Shown here in pieces: positions 51,464 to 60,056 of a stretch of 64,000 bases of DNA. The first letter of the stretch is position 1, and each line of letters opens with the position of its first letter. Made by a program: the position numbers and the translations under genes. The stretch is from the NCBI GenBank assembly GCA_963815215.1, contig CAWFFU010000010.1, forward strand, positions 96,001-160,000. The letters are read 5' to 3'. Source of the DNA: an uncultured Trueperaceae bacterium. Lineage in GTDB: Bacteria > Deinococcota > Deinococci > Deinococcales > Trueperaceae. Below the pieces are notes generated by a model. That model had not been told where the DNA came from. It was given only the letters and a program-made list of their open reading frames with translations, and did not search any database.

Positions 51464-52749
51464 GCGGCCGGCTCCTTCTGGGCCAGCAGCGCGTCGAGGG
51501 CGTCGAGGGCGGCGGCCTCGAGCAGCGCGGCGACGCGTTCCTCATCGGGGGGCGCGGCTCCGGTCGCGCTGAGGTGGCGCCGCCGGGGCACTTCGGCGAG
51601 CCGCCGGCTCGCCACCCGGAGCAGCGCCTGTCGCGCCTCCGGCTCGCCCCGCCCCTGCAGCAGCAGCAGCTTGCGGGCGAGCAGGCCCACCGGATCGGCG
51701 CTGCGCGCCAGCGCCGCGAGGTCCCGTTCGGGGAGGGCCTTCAGCGAGACGGCGTGCACGAAGTAGGACGTGCCGTCCTGAGGGTAGAGCCCCGATCGCG
51801 GGTCGGCGGCGGCCAACGCCTGGGCCACGCCGGCGCGCAGGGCCGTGCGTCCGGTCAGAAGCAGGCGACATCCGACGGCGGCCGCGTGGAACGGCGCCTC
51901 GGCGAGGGCGGCATGGAGCGCGTCGATCGCCGCCGTGATGCGTACGGTGACGTCGGCCGGGTCGGCGAGCCCGTCGAGCGGCACGTCCAAGGTCTCCCAG
52001 CGCAAGGGCGCGAGCGGAAGGGCGCTCAACTCCAGCGCGCCGCCTGAGTCCACCTCCAGCAGCCAGGCGCCGTGCGGTCCCGGCTCGCCCGGGTCGGTGC
52101 CTACCAGCGAGCCGAGGTAGCCGATCGGCCTCGGGCCCGCGGTGATGTCGGGTCGGTGGACGTGCCCCAGCAGCCAGGCGTCGACCGGTGCCGCCAGCAG
52201 GTCGGCGGACCGGACCGGCGCGTAGCGGCTCCCCGTCTGGTCGCGATCGGCATGCAACAGACCGATGGTGGTCTCGGGGCCGCGGGCCGGGAGCCCCGCC
52301 GCCAGCGGGTCGTCGGGAGCCACGCGTTCGGGGAACGACCAGCCGAGCACGCGCACGCGTACGCCGTCGGCGCCTTGCAGCACGTGGCCTTGCCAGCGCC
52401 CGTCGCGGCCGAGCAGGGTGAAGCCGGGCACGGCCCCGGCCAGCCGCGGCAGCACCTGGACGTCGTGGTTGCCGGCGATGCCGAGGACCGGGATGCCCGC
52501 CTCGGCGAGCCGCTCGACGCCCTGCCGCAGGTCCGCGAACGCCTCGAAGAAGTCGTCGTCCCGGTCGACGACGTCGCCGGCCAGGAGCAGCCCGTCGACG
52601 CCGCGATCCAGCGCGACCTGTACCAGACGCCGCCACCCGGCTGCCGGGTCGAGGTCGTCGGCGTGGTCGGCCAGCCCGTCAGGCAGACGCGAGGGCCGCC
52701 GCCCAAGGTGGATGTCGGCCGCGCACAGGAGCCTCACGCCTCCCATCAT
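51460..52749 (-). CDS. YhaO-like Mre11/SbcD metallophosphoesterase nuclease
   Basis: ADIHLG, AGDVVD, GNHD, LLH, LGHVH; ATGA-coupled to the ATPase. Confidence 0.88.
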   Translation of the reverse strand: MMGGVRLLCAADIHLGRRPSRLPDGLADHADDLDPAAGWRRLVQVALDRGVDGLLLAGDVVDRDDDFFEAFADLRQGVERLAEAGIPVLGIAGNHDVQVLPRLAGAVPGFTLLGRDGRWQGHVLQGADGVRVRVLGWSFPERVAPDDPLAAGLPARGPETTIGLLHADRDQTGSRYAPVRSADLLAAPVDAWLLGHVHRPDITAGPRPIGYLGSLVGTDPGEPGPHGAWLLEVDSGGALELSALPLAPLRWETLDVPLDGLADPADVTVRITAAIDALHAALAEAPFHAAAVGCRLLLTGRTALRAGVAQALAAADPRSGLYPQDGTSYFVHAVSLKALPERDLAALARSADPVGLLARKLLLLQGRGEPEARQALLRVASRRLAEVPRRRHLSATGAAPPDEERVAALLEAAALDALDALLAQKEPAA

Positions 52750-52780
52750 GCCTGCTCCGCCGGTCCATGTACCGTAGGGC

Positions 52781-53911
52781 ATGGCCGCACGCCGCCTGCT
52801 GCTCGCCGTCCCCGCGCTCGCCCTGCTGTTCCTCACGGCCTGCGTGCCGAGCGTCTACGACCATCCCTACCCGGTGAGGCCGGTCGAGCTACCGCGCGAT
52901 CAGGCGGCCCACGCCGCTCCGATCGAGTGGTGGTACTACACCGGGCACCTGACCGACCCGCAGGGGCGGCACTACGGGTTCGAGCTCACCTTCTTCAAGG
53001 CCTACCCGCCTCCATCGATGAAGGCGTTCGGGCCGGTGCCGATGTCGATGATCATGGAGAAGGCGTTCGTGGGGCACTTCGCGGTGACCGATCCGTCCCG
53101 GAAGACCTTCGCGAGCGCCCAGAAGTCGACGGCCTGGGGCTACCAGGGGGGCGCCTCGAAGGACCGTTTCGACGTCTACGTCGCGGATTGGTTCGCCCGC
53201 AACGTGCCCGGCAGCAAGGCCCAGCACATCCACGCCGGGGGCGACGGCTACAGCCTCGACTTGACCCTCGATCCACAGAAGCCCGCGGCGCTCCACGGCG
53301 ACCCGCCCGGCATCCAGTCGATGGGTCCCGGCGGTACCAGCTACTACGTCTCGTACACCCGCATGGCCGTCACGGGGACGCTGGGCGTCGACTGCACCTT
53401 CTTCGGCTGCCGCGACCTGAAGGTCACCGGTCTCGCCTGGCACGACCACCAGTGGGGCGACTTCAAGATGACCGGCTACGCCGGCTGGGACTGGTACAGC
53501 CTGCAGTTCAACGACGACACCGAGCTCATGCTCTACCTCATCCGCGGCCAGGACGGGGGTTACGCCACGGCGGCGGGGAGCTTCGTGACGAAGGACGGGC
53601 GCACCGTCCACCTCACGGCTCGGGACTTCGAGGTCACCCCCACGGGCGAGACCTGGACCAGCCCTACCACCGGCGCGGTGTACCCCTTGAGCTGGAGGGT
53701 TCGCGTGCCCCGCTTCGGTATCGACGTGAACGTGACGCCGGTGATGAAGGACCAGGAGATGAACACCCGGTCGACCACCGGCATCGCCTACTGGGAGGGC
53801 GACGTACGCGTTGCGGGCTCGACGCCGGGCGTGGGGTACGTCGAGCTCACCAACTACGACCGCCATCCCTTCCGGGGCGGTTCGAGCTCGTCCTCGAAGG
53901 CGGGGCCCTGA
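52781..53911 (+). CDS. Lipoprotein, CrtC/AttH lipocalin-like family
   Basis: LTA-C lipobox, EWWYYTGHL, SYYVSYTR, WHDHQWG, GWDW, YWEG, GYVELT. Confidence 0.85.
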   Translation: MAARRLLLAVPALALLFLTACVPSVYDHPYPVRPVELPRDQAAHAAPIEWWYYTGHLTDPQGRHYGFELTFFKAYPPPSMKAFGPVPMSMIMEKAFVGHFAVTDPSRKTFASAQKSTAWGYQGGASKDRFDVYVADWFARNVPGSKAQHIHAGGDGYSLDLTLDPQKPAALHGDPPGIQSMGPGGTSYYVSYTRMAVTGTLGVDCTFFGCRDLKVTGLAWHDHQWGDFKMTGYAGWDWYSLQFNDDTELMLYLIRGQDGGYATAAGSFVTKDGRTVHLTARDFEVTPTGETWTSPTTGAVYPLSWRVRVPRFGIDVNVTPVMKDQEMNTRSTTGIAYWEGDVRVAGSTPGVGYVELTNYDRHPFRGGSSSSSKAGP

Positions 53912-53962
53912 GCTTTCACGAGCCGATGGCCCGGTCGGGTCTTCCATCGAGGCCGAACGGCG

Positions 53963-55273
53963 CTAGGGCGAGCGCCCTGCCGGCGCTGCGCCATCGGCCG
54001 CCGGCCGGGCCTGCCGCCGTCGCATGATCGCAAGGGCGGCCAGGACGAACCCGCTCGCCACCCAGAGCAGGCCGGCGTAGCCGGTGAGTGCGGCGATGAA
54101 CCCGCCCAGCAGCGAGCCGATGACCGCCGCCACGGCGCCCGAGGCGGCGTAGAGGCCCATCGCCTCGCCCTGGGGAAGGCTCGAGCTCTCCGCCGCGAGG
54201 TCGGAGCCGGACACCGCCAGCAGCGACCACGCCAGGACGACGAGCCCGAACCCGGCCACCGCCAGCCAGCCCCGCACCGCGACGTGGGTCAGGCCGACCA
54301 GGGTGAGGAATACGAGGGCCGCCAGGCGCAGGCCGAGGCCGGTCCGGTAGACCGCGCCGGCGCCCAGGCGCTTCGAGGCGCTCCCGGCCGGTCCGTAGAG
54401 CAGCAGGCCCACCGCGGCCGCGCCCGCGAACGCCCAGGAGGCCGCCCCCGTCTGGAGGCCGAAGACGTGCCCCATCACCAGTGGGTAGAAGGAGAACACG
54501 GCGGCGCTGCCGACGTTGCCGAGGAACCAGCTGCCGAGGAAGTCCAGGAAGGGGGAGCGGCCGCTCCGCACGAGCGTCGGCAGCTTCGCCAGCGCCCGCG
54601 TGAGGTGCGGCAGGTGCGCGTGACTCATCATCGTGCCGAGCACCAGGCCGCCATGGCGGGCGTGGTGGTCTCCGGCGACCGGCTGTTCCTTCGGCGTCGA
54701 CTTCGGCACGGCCCGGAACATGGCCGTTGCCAGCACGGCCGCGAAGGCCGCGAAGGCGAGGGCCAAGGTTGCGTGTGACCCGCCGAAGGCGCCGGCCAAC
54801 ACCAGGCCCGCGACCTGGCCCGCGCCGTAGAAGGTCTGCAGCCAACCGAAGCGGGCCCCCCACGACGCCCGCGGATGCCGCTCCGTGATGAACAGATTGG
54901 CGACGGTCGCGGTCGCCGACGCCGCCAGCCCGATGACCAGTGCCGTCAAGACGAACCAGCCCAGCTCGTGCCGGAGCGGGAACGCGCCGATGCCGGCGGC
55001 CAGGACCGCCAATCCCGAGGCGTACAGGGGGCGGTGCCATCCCGTCCTGTCCGCGAGCGAGCCCCACAGCGGCGCCGCCAGCATGCCGAGGTTGAACGCG
55101 GCCATGACCAGGCCGGGGGCGGTCGGGCCACCCGTGCGCTCGGCCAGCAGCGGCAGCACGATGGGCGCCACGCCCGAGATGACGAGCCCCAGCAGGGCAT
55201 AGGACAGGTACCAGCGCTGGATGGGTTGGGAAGTGTCGGTGACAGCGGTGGGCTTCGCCGGCGGACGTTCCAT
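53963..55273 (-). CDS. MFS transporter with His-rich central loop
   Basis: WGSLADRTG motif A; about 12 TM segments; DHHARH...HAHLPH loop. Confidence 0.82.
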   Translation of the reverse strand: MERPPAKPTAVTDTSQPIQRWYLSYALLGLVISGVAPIVLPLLAERTGGPTAPGLVMAAFNLGMLAAPLWGSLADRTGWHRPLYASGLAVLAAGIGAFPLRHELGWFVLTALVIGLAASATATVANLFITERHPRASWGARFGWLQTFYGAGQVAGLVLAGAFGGSHATLALAFAAFAAVLATAMFRAVPKSTPKEQPVAGDHHARHGGLVLGTMMSHAHLPHLTRALAKLPTLVRSGRSPFLDFLGSWFLGNVGSAAVFSFYPLVMGHVFGLQTGAASWAFAGAAAVGLLLYGPAGSASKRLGAGAVYRTGLGLRLAALVFLTLVGLTHVAVRGWLAVAGFGLVVLAWSLLAVSGSDLAAESSSLPQGEAMGLYAASGAVAAVIGSLLGGFIAALTGYAGLLWVASGFVLAALAIMRRRQARPAADGAAPAGRSP

Positions 55274-55564
55274 GCGGTCACTCCTTCGCAGCGGAGGGCA
55301 GGGCGTCTCGCCCCCGGCGACCCAACCAGCTATAACAGACCGGTCCGAAACCACCGGTAGTCGGCGGCGTGGACGCGGAGGGCATCTGACCCTTCCCGCT
55401 GCGCACACCCGGCGCTAGCATGCCTTCGGCGTGGCGGCCCGCCGAGCCGCGGCACGTCCTGACGGAGTGTGTCCGCGTCCGCGGCCGACAACGTCGCCGC
55501 GGGGCTTCGGCCCAGCGGCCCCCGAGGCCGAGCGGACCGTCCACGCCGGGAAGAAGGCGTGTCG

Positions 55565-58123
55565 ATGGAAGGTTCGCGCCCTCGTTCGAAACGTTCGATC
55601 CCACTCCCGCGCAAGGCGCACGGTTCCGACAACACCGCGACTCCCTCCGGGGAGGACGCCAGGAAGCTGGCGGAGGTGCCCATCGAGGAGCTCTTCCGAC
55701 GCTTCGAGAGCACCCCCGACGGCCTGTCCTCCGAGGAGGCCGGCGCGCGTCTGGAGCGCTACGGCCGGAACTCGGTCGAGGACAAGCACGAGAGCGCACT
55801 CCTGAAGCTGCTCGGCTTCTTCTGGGGGCCGATCGCCTGGATGATCGAGGTGGCGGCCGTGCTGTCAGCGGTGGTCGGTCACTGGACCGACCTCATCGTC
55901 ATCGTGGTGCTGCTGCTGTTCAACGCCCTGGTCGGGTTCTGGCACGAGTTCCAGGCGTCGAATGCGGTGGAGGCGCTGAAGAAGCAGCTCGCGCTACACG
56001 CGCGCGCACGCCGCGACGGGCGCTGGGTCCAGCTCGACGCGGAGGAGCTGGTGCCGGGCGACATCGTGCGGCTGCGGCTCGGCGACGTGGTGCCGGCCGA
56101 CGTCAAGCTGGACCAAGGCGACTATCTGTCGATCGACCAGTCCGCGTTGACCGGCGAGTCGTTGCCGGTCGACAAGGCGCCCGGGGATCTAGGCTTCTCC
56201 GGCTCGGTGGTGCGCCAGGGCGAGATGTCGGGACTGGTCGTCGCTACCGGCGGGAACACGTTCTTCGGCCGGACGGCGCAGCTCGTGGCGGGCGCCAAGT
56301 CCGAATCGCACTTCCAGCGGGCCATCCTGTCGATCGGCGACTACCTGATCTACCTGAGCCTCGGCCTGGTAGCGGTGCTGGTCGTGGTCGAGCTCTTCCG
56401 CGGAACGCCGTTCCTGGAGCTGGCGCAGTTCGCGCTGATCCTGACGGTGGCGTCGATCCCGGTAGCGATGCCGGCGGTGCTCAGCGTCACCATGGCGATC
56501 GGCGCGATGGTGCTGGCACGCATGAAGGCCATCGTGGCGCGCCTCGAATCGATCGAGGAGATGGCCGGCATGGACGTGCTGTGCTCGGACAAGACCGGCA
56601 CGCTCACGATGAACGAGTTGAAGCTCGGCGAGCCGGTGCTGTTCGCAGACGCCGACGAAGCGACCCTGCTGACCGCCGCGGCGCTCGCCTCCGACGAGGC
56701 CAACGCCGACGCCATCGACCAGGCGGTGTTGGCGGGCGCCGAGGGGGCGGGTGCGGCGGCGAGCGGCTTCCAGCGCGAGAGCTACGTGCCCTTCGACCCG
56801 GTCAAGAAGCGCAGCGAAGCCCGTGCAACGTCTCCTGAGGGGGTGTCCTGGCGCGTGACCAAGGGTGCGGCGCAGGCCGTACTGGCTCTCGTCGACCTCG
56901 ATGAGAGCGCCCTGCACGAGGTACAGGCGAAGGTGGGCGAGCTCGCTCACCACGGCTACCGGACTCTTGCGGTGGCCCGCGCGGTGGGCACGGAACCGTG
57001 GCGGATCCTGGGGTTGCTGGCGCTGTCCGATCCACCGCGCAGCGACTCCGCCGAGACGATCCGCCAAGCGCGCGAGCACGGCATCGAGGTCAAGATGGTC
57101 ACCGGCGACAACCTCGCCATCGGTAAGCAGATCGCCGGCGACCTGTCGCTGGGGACCGATCTGTTGCCGGCCGGCCACCTGTTCGAGGAGGGGCATCCGG
57201 AGCAGGATACGAACACCTGGGTCGAACGGGCCGATGGCTTCGCCGAGGTCTTCCCGGAGCACAAGTACCGCATCGTGAAGGCGCTGCAGGCGAGGGGACA
57301 CATCGTCGGCATGACAGGCGACGGCGTCAACGACGCACCGGCCCTGAAGCAGGCCGACGTCGGCATCGCCGTGAGTGGCGCCACCGACGCCGCGCGCAGC
57401 GCGGCCGACCTGGTGCTCACCGCGCCGGGACTGTCGGTCATCGTGCGGGCGGTGGAGGAGGCCCGGCGCACCTTCGAGCGGATGAACTCCTACGCCATCT
57501 ACCGCATCACCGAGACGATCCGCATCATCTTCTTCGTCACGCTGGCGATGATCGTCTTCCGTACCTACCCGATCACCGCCATCATGGTCATCCTGCTCGC
57601 GCTGTTGAACGACCTCCCGATCCTCACGATCGCGTTCGATCGGACGGAGCTCGCCGACAACCCGGTGCGCTGGGACATGCGGCGCGTGCTCACCATGGCG
57701 ACGGTGCTCGGGCTGGTGGGGGTCGTGGAGACGTTCGCGCTGCTGGCGCTGGCGCGTGCCTACCTGCCGCTGGACGCCAGCCAACTGCAGACGCTCATCT
57801 ACCTCAAGCTCGCGGTCGCCGGCCACCTGACCCTGTTCGTGGCCCGCCAGCGCGGCTTCTTCCTGTCCCGGCCGTTCCCGGCTCCGACGCTGCTCGTCGC
57901 CATCCTTGGCACGCAGGCGATCGCGGTGCTGATCGTCGGCTTCGGCGTGTTCGTCGCCGCCATCCCGTGGTGGACCGTCGGGGTGGTGTGGGTGTACTGC
58001 CTGGCGTTCGTGTTCATCGAGGACGCGCTCAAGCTCGCCGTGTACCGCACCCTCGATCTCGGCGGGCCGGGGCACCGCAGCTTCATGCGCCGGCTGCAGC
58101 AGAGGCTGCACAGTCACGCCTAG
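55565..58123 (+). CDS. Plasma-membrane-type proton-efflux P-type ATPase (P3A)
   Basis: FWGPIAWMIE, TGES, IPVAMPAV, CSDKTGTLT, KGA, TGDGVNDAPALK, ALLND; start uncertain. Confidence 0.9.
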   Translation: MEGSRPRSKRSIPLPRKAHGSDNTATPSGEDARKLAEVPIEELFRRFESTPDGLSSEEAGARLERYGRNSVEDKHESALLKLLGFFWGPIAWMIEVAAVLSAVVGHWTDLIVIVVLLLFNALVGFWHEFQASNAVEALKKQLALHARARRDGRWVQLDAEELVPGDIVRLRLGDVVPADVKLDQGDYLSIDQSALTGESLPVDKAPGDLGFSGSVVRQGEMSGLVVATGGNTFFGRTAQLVAGAKSESHFQRAILSIGDYLIYLSLGLVAVLVVVELFRGTPFLELAQFALILTVASIPVAMPAVLSVTMAIGAMVLARMKAIVARLESIEEMAGMDVLCSDKTGTLTMNELKLGEPVLFADADEATLLTAAALASDEANADAIDQAVLAGAEGAGAAASGFQRESYVPFDPVKKRSEARATSPEGVSWRVTKGAAQAVLALVDLDESALHEVQAKVGELAHHGYRTLAVARAVGTEPWRILGLLALSDPPRSDSAETIRQAREHGIEVKMVTGDNLAIGKQIAGDLSLGTDLLPAGHLFEEGHPEQDTNTWVERADGFAEVFPEHKYRIVKALQARGHIVGMTGDGVNDAPALKQADVGIAVSGATDAARSAADLVLTAPGLSVIVRAVEEARRTFERMNSYAIYRITETIRIIFFVTLAMIVFRTYPITAIMVILLALLNDLPILTIAFDRTELADNPVRWDMRRVLTMATVLGLVGVVETFALLALARAYLPLDASQLQTLIYLKLAVAGHLTLFVARQRGFFLSRPFPAPTLLVAILGTQAIAVLIVGFGVFVAAIPWWTVGVVWVYCLAFVFIEDALKLAVYRTLDLGGPGHRSFMRRLQQRLHSHA

Positions 58124-58200
58124 CGGGACGATCGGAATGGGACGTTTGACTGGTGGTCCCGTTCGCCGGAAGTGCCGTCTGGAGCCCGTGATCTGACCTT

Positions 58201-58221
58201 GTGTAGGAGTTTCTCCTACAC
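58201..58221. promoter_or_regulatory. Perfect palindromic operator candidate
   Basis: GTGTAGGAG-TTT-CTCCTACAC. Confidence 0.6.
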
Positions 58222-58363
58222 GGTCGTCCCGGATGCCCCCGACCGGCGCGTGCGGTCTGCGCGCCACCCTGGGAGAAGGCAACGGTCCGGCCGGCCGGGC
58301 GCGTTCGTCCCAGACGGGCGGGCGGCCCGCCGGCCCGCGCCATCGGTCCACCGGGAGACGGGG

Positions 58364-59081
58364 TATGGGCATGGTCGGCATCAGCAGCGGCAGGATCGGG
58401 ACGTACGCGCGCCGCGCGCAGGCGCAGGTGCCGGGGACGGCGCAGGTGCGGGTGTTGCTCGGCGCGCCTCAACGGATGATGCGGCAGGCATTGACGTCCG
58501 CGCTCGGCGGTCACGCCAGGCTGCGCATGGTGGGGGATGTGGGCAACGGCAAGGATGCGTTGCGGTGGGCGCTGGAAGTGCGCCCCGACATCACCCTCCT
58601 CGACCAGGGCCTGGGAACGGTGGACGGGGTCCACGCCGCGTTCGCCATCCATTCCGAGGATCCCGCGCTCAAGCTGGTGCTGCTCAGCGACGGGTACGTC
58701 GATCCCGTGGAGGTCGCCGAGCTCGAGCCGGTCACGGCCGCACGGGTGTCGAAGCGGCTGGACATGCAGGCGCTGGTCGACGTGCTGGTCCGGGTGGCGG
58801 AGGGGGAACGTCCGGGCACGGTGCCCGCCGCCATGGTGGCGGCGCCCCCACCGATGGCTTCGCCGCGTCACGGACTCAAGGCCTCGGAACAGGTGCTGCT
58901 CGAGTTCCTGGTCGACGGCAACGACAACCGCATGATGGCCGACCGCCTCGGCTGCACCGAGAAGACCGTGCGCAACCGCCTCAGCGACCTGTATGCCAAG
59001 CTGAACCTGCACAACCGCACGCAGGCGGCGTTGTACGCCGTCCGCACCGGTCTGGTCGATCCGGCGAAGGCGGAGGCCTGA
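58364..59081 (+). CDS. NarL/LuxR-family response regulator with atypical receiver
   Basis: RPDITLLD receiver; HTH MADRLGCTEKTVRNRLSDLYAKLNLHNRTQAALYA; start uncertain. Confidence 0.8.
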
Positions 59082-59123
59082 CGAGCGGGCCCCGCCGTCC
59101 CGCGCCGCACGCCACCGTCGACG

Positions 59124-60056
59124 TCACGCGCGGCTCGACGCCCGCGCCCGGGCGGCGCCGGCGGCGCGCTCCGTGCCCGGCCGGCGAGGGGGCGCGGCCA
59201 CGCTCACCCGTTGCTCCCCCGCGTACACGTTGAAGCGCCGGTCGCGCAGGAAGCCTACCAGCGTGACGCCGAAGCGCTCGGCCACCTCGACGGCAAGGCT
59301 GGACGGCGCCGACACGGCGGCGACGAACGGCACGCCGGCCGCCACCGCCTTCTGCAACAGCTCGAAACTCGCCCGCCCGCTCACGCAGACCAGACGCTCC
59401 GCGAGCGGCAGGCGGTCCTCCAGCAACGCCCACCCCAGCAGCTTGTCGAGGGCGTTGTGCCGGCCCACGTCCTCGCGCAGGGCGACCAGCGTCCCGTCGG
59501 GCTCGAACAGGCCGGCGGCGTGGAGGCCCCCGGTGCGCCCGAACAGCGCCTGCGCCTCGCGGAGCCGCGCCGGCAACGACTCGAGCACGCCCGCCGTCAC
59601 CGACGGACCGCGCCCCAGAGGCGCCGGGCAGCGCACCTCGAGCGCATCCAGGTGCGCCTTGCCGCATACGCCGCAGGCGCTGGTCATGGTGAAGTGCCGC
59701 TCGAGCCGCTCCAGTGCCGGCAGCTCGGCGGCGCGCAGGTGCACGTTGACGACGTTGCCACGCTCCGCCTCGGGAACGGCGGCGCAGTAGCGGAGGCTCC
59801 GGAGCTCCTCGCGAGCACGGACGATGCCCTCGCCGTGGAGGAAGCCGGCTGCCAGCTCGAAGTCGTCCCCGGGGGTGCGCATGGTGACGGCGACGGTGGT
59901 GCCTCGGTGCGCCGCGGTGCGCCCTCCGGACCCGCTCACAAGGCGGATCTCGAGGGGTTCCTCGGCGGCGATGGCGTCACCCTCGGGCGGCCGCCGCTCC
60001 TCGCCCACGACGCGCGTGACCGTCACGCGCCGGGTCGGCCGGGTCGCCCCCCTCAT
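59124..60056 (-). CDS. fdhD: Formate dehydrogenase accessory sulfurtransferase
   Basis: EEPLEI, TMRTPGDD, SACGVCG, TGGLHAA, EDVGRHNALDK, SAPSSLAV. Confidence 0.93.
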   Translation of the reverse strand: MRGATRPTRRVTVTRVVGEERRPPEGDAIAAEEPLEIRLVSGSGGRTAAHRGTTVAVTMRTPGDDFELAAGFLHGEGIVRAREELRSLRYCAAVPEAERGNVVNVHLRAAELPALERLERHFTMTSACGVCGKAHLDALEVRCPAPLGRGPSVTAGVLESLPARLREAQALFGRTGGLHAAGLFEPDGTLVALREDVGRHNALDKLLGWALLEDRLPLAERLVCVSGRASFELLQKAVAAGVPFVAAVSAPSSLAVEVAERFGVTLVGFLRDRRFNVYAGEQRVSVAAPPRRPGTERAAGAARARASSRA

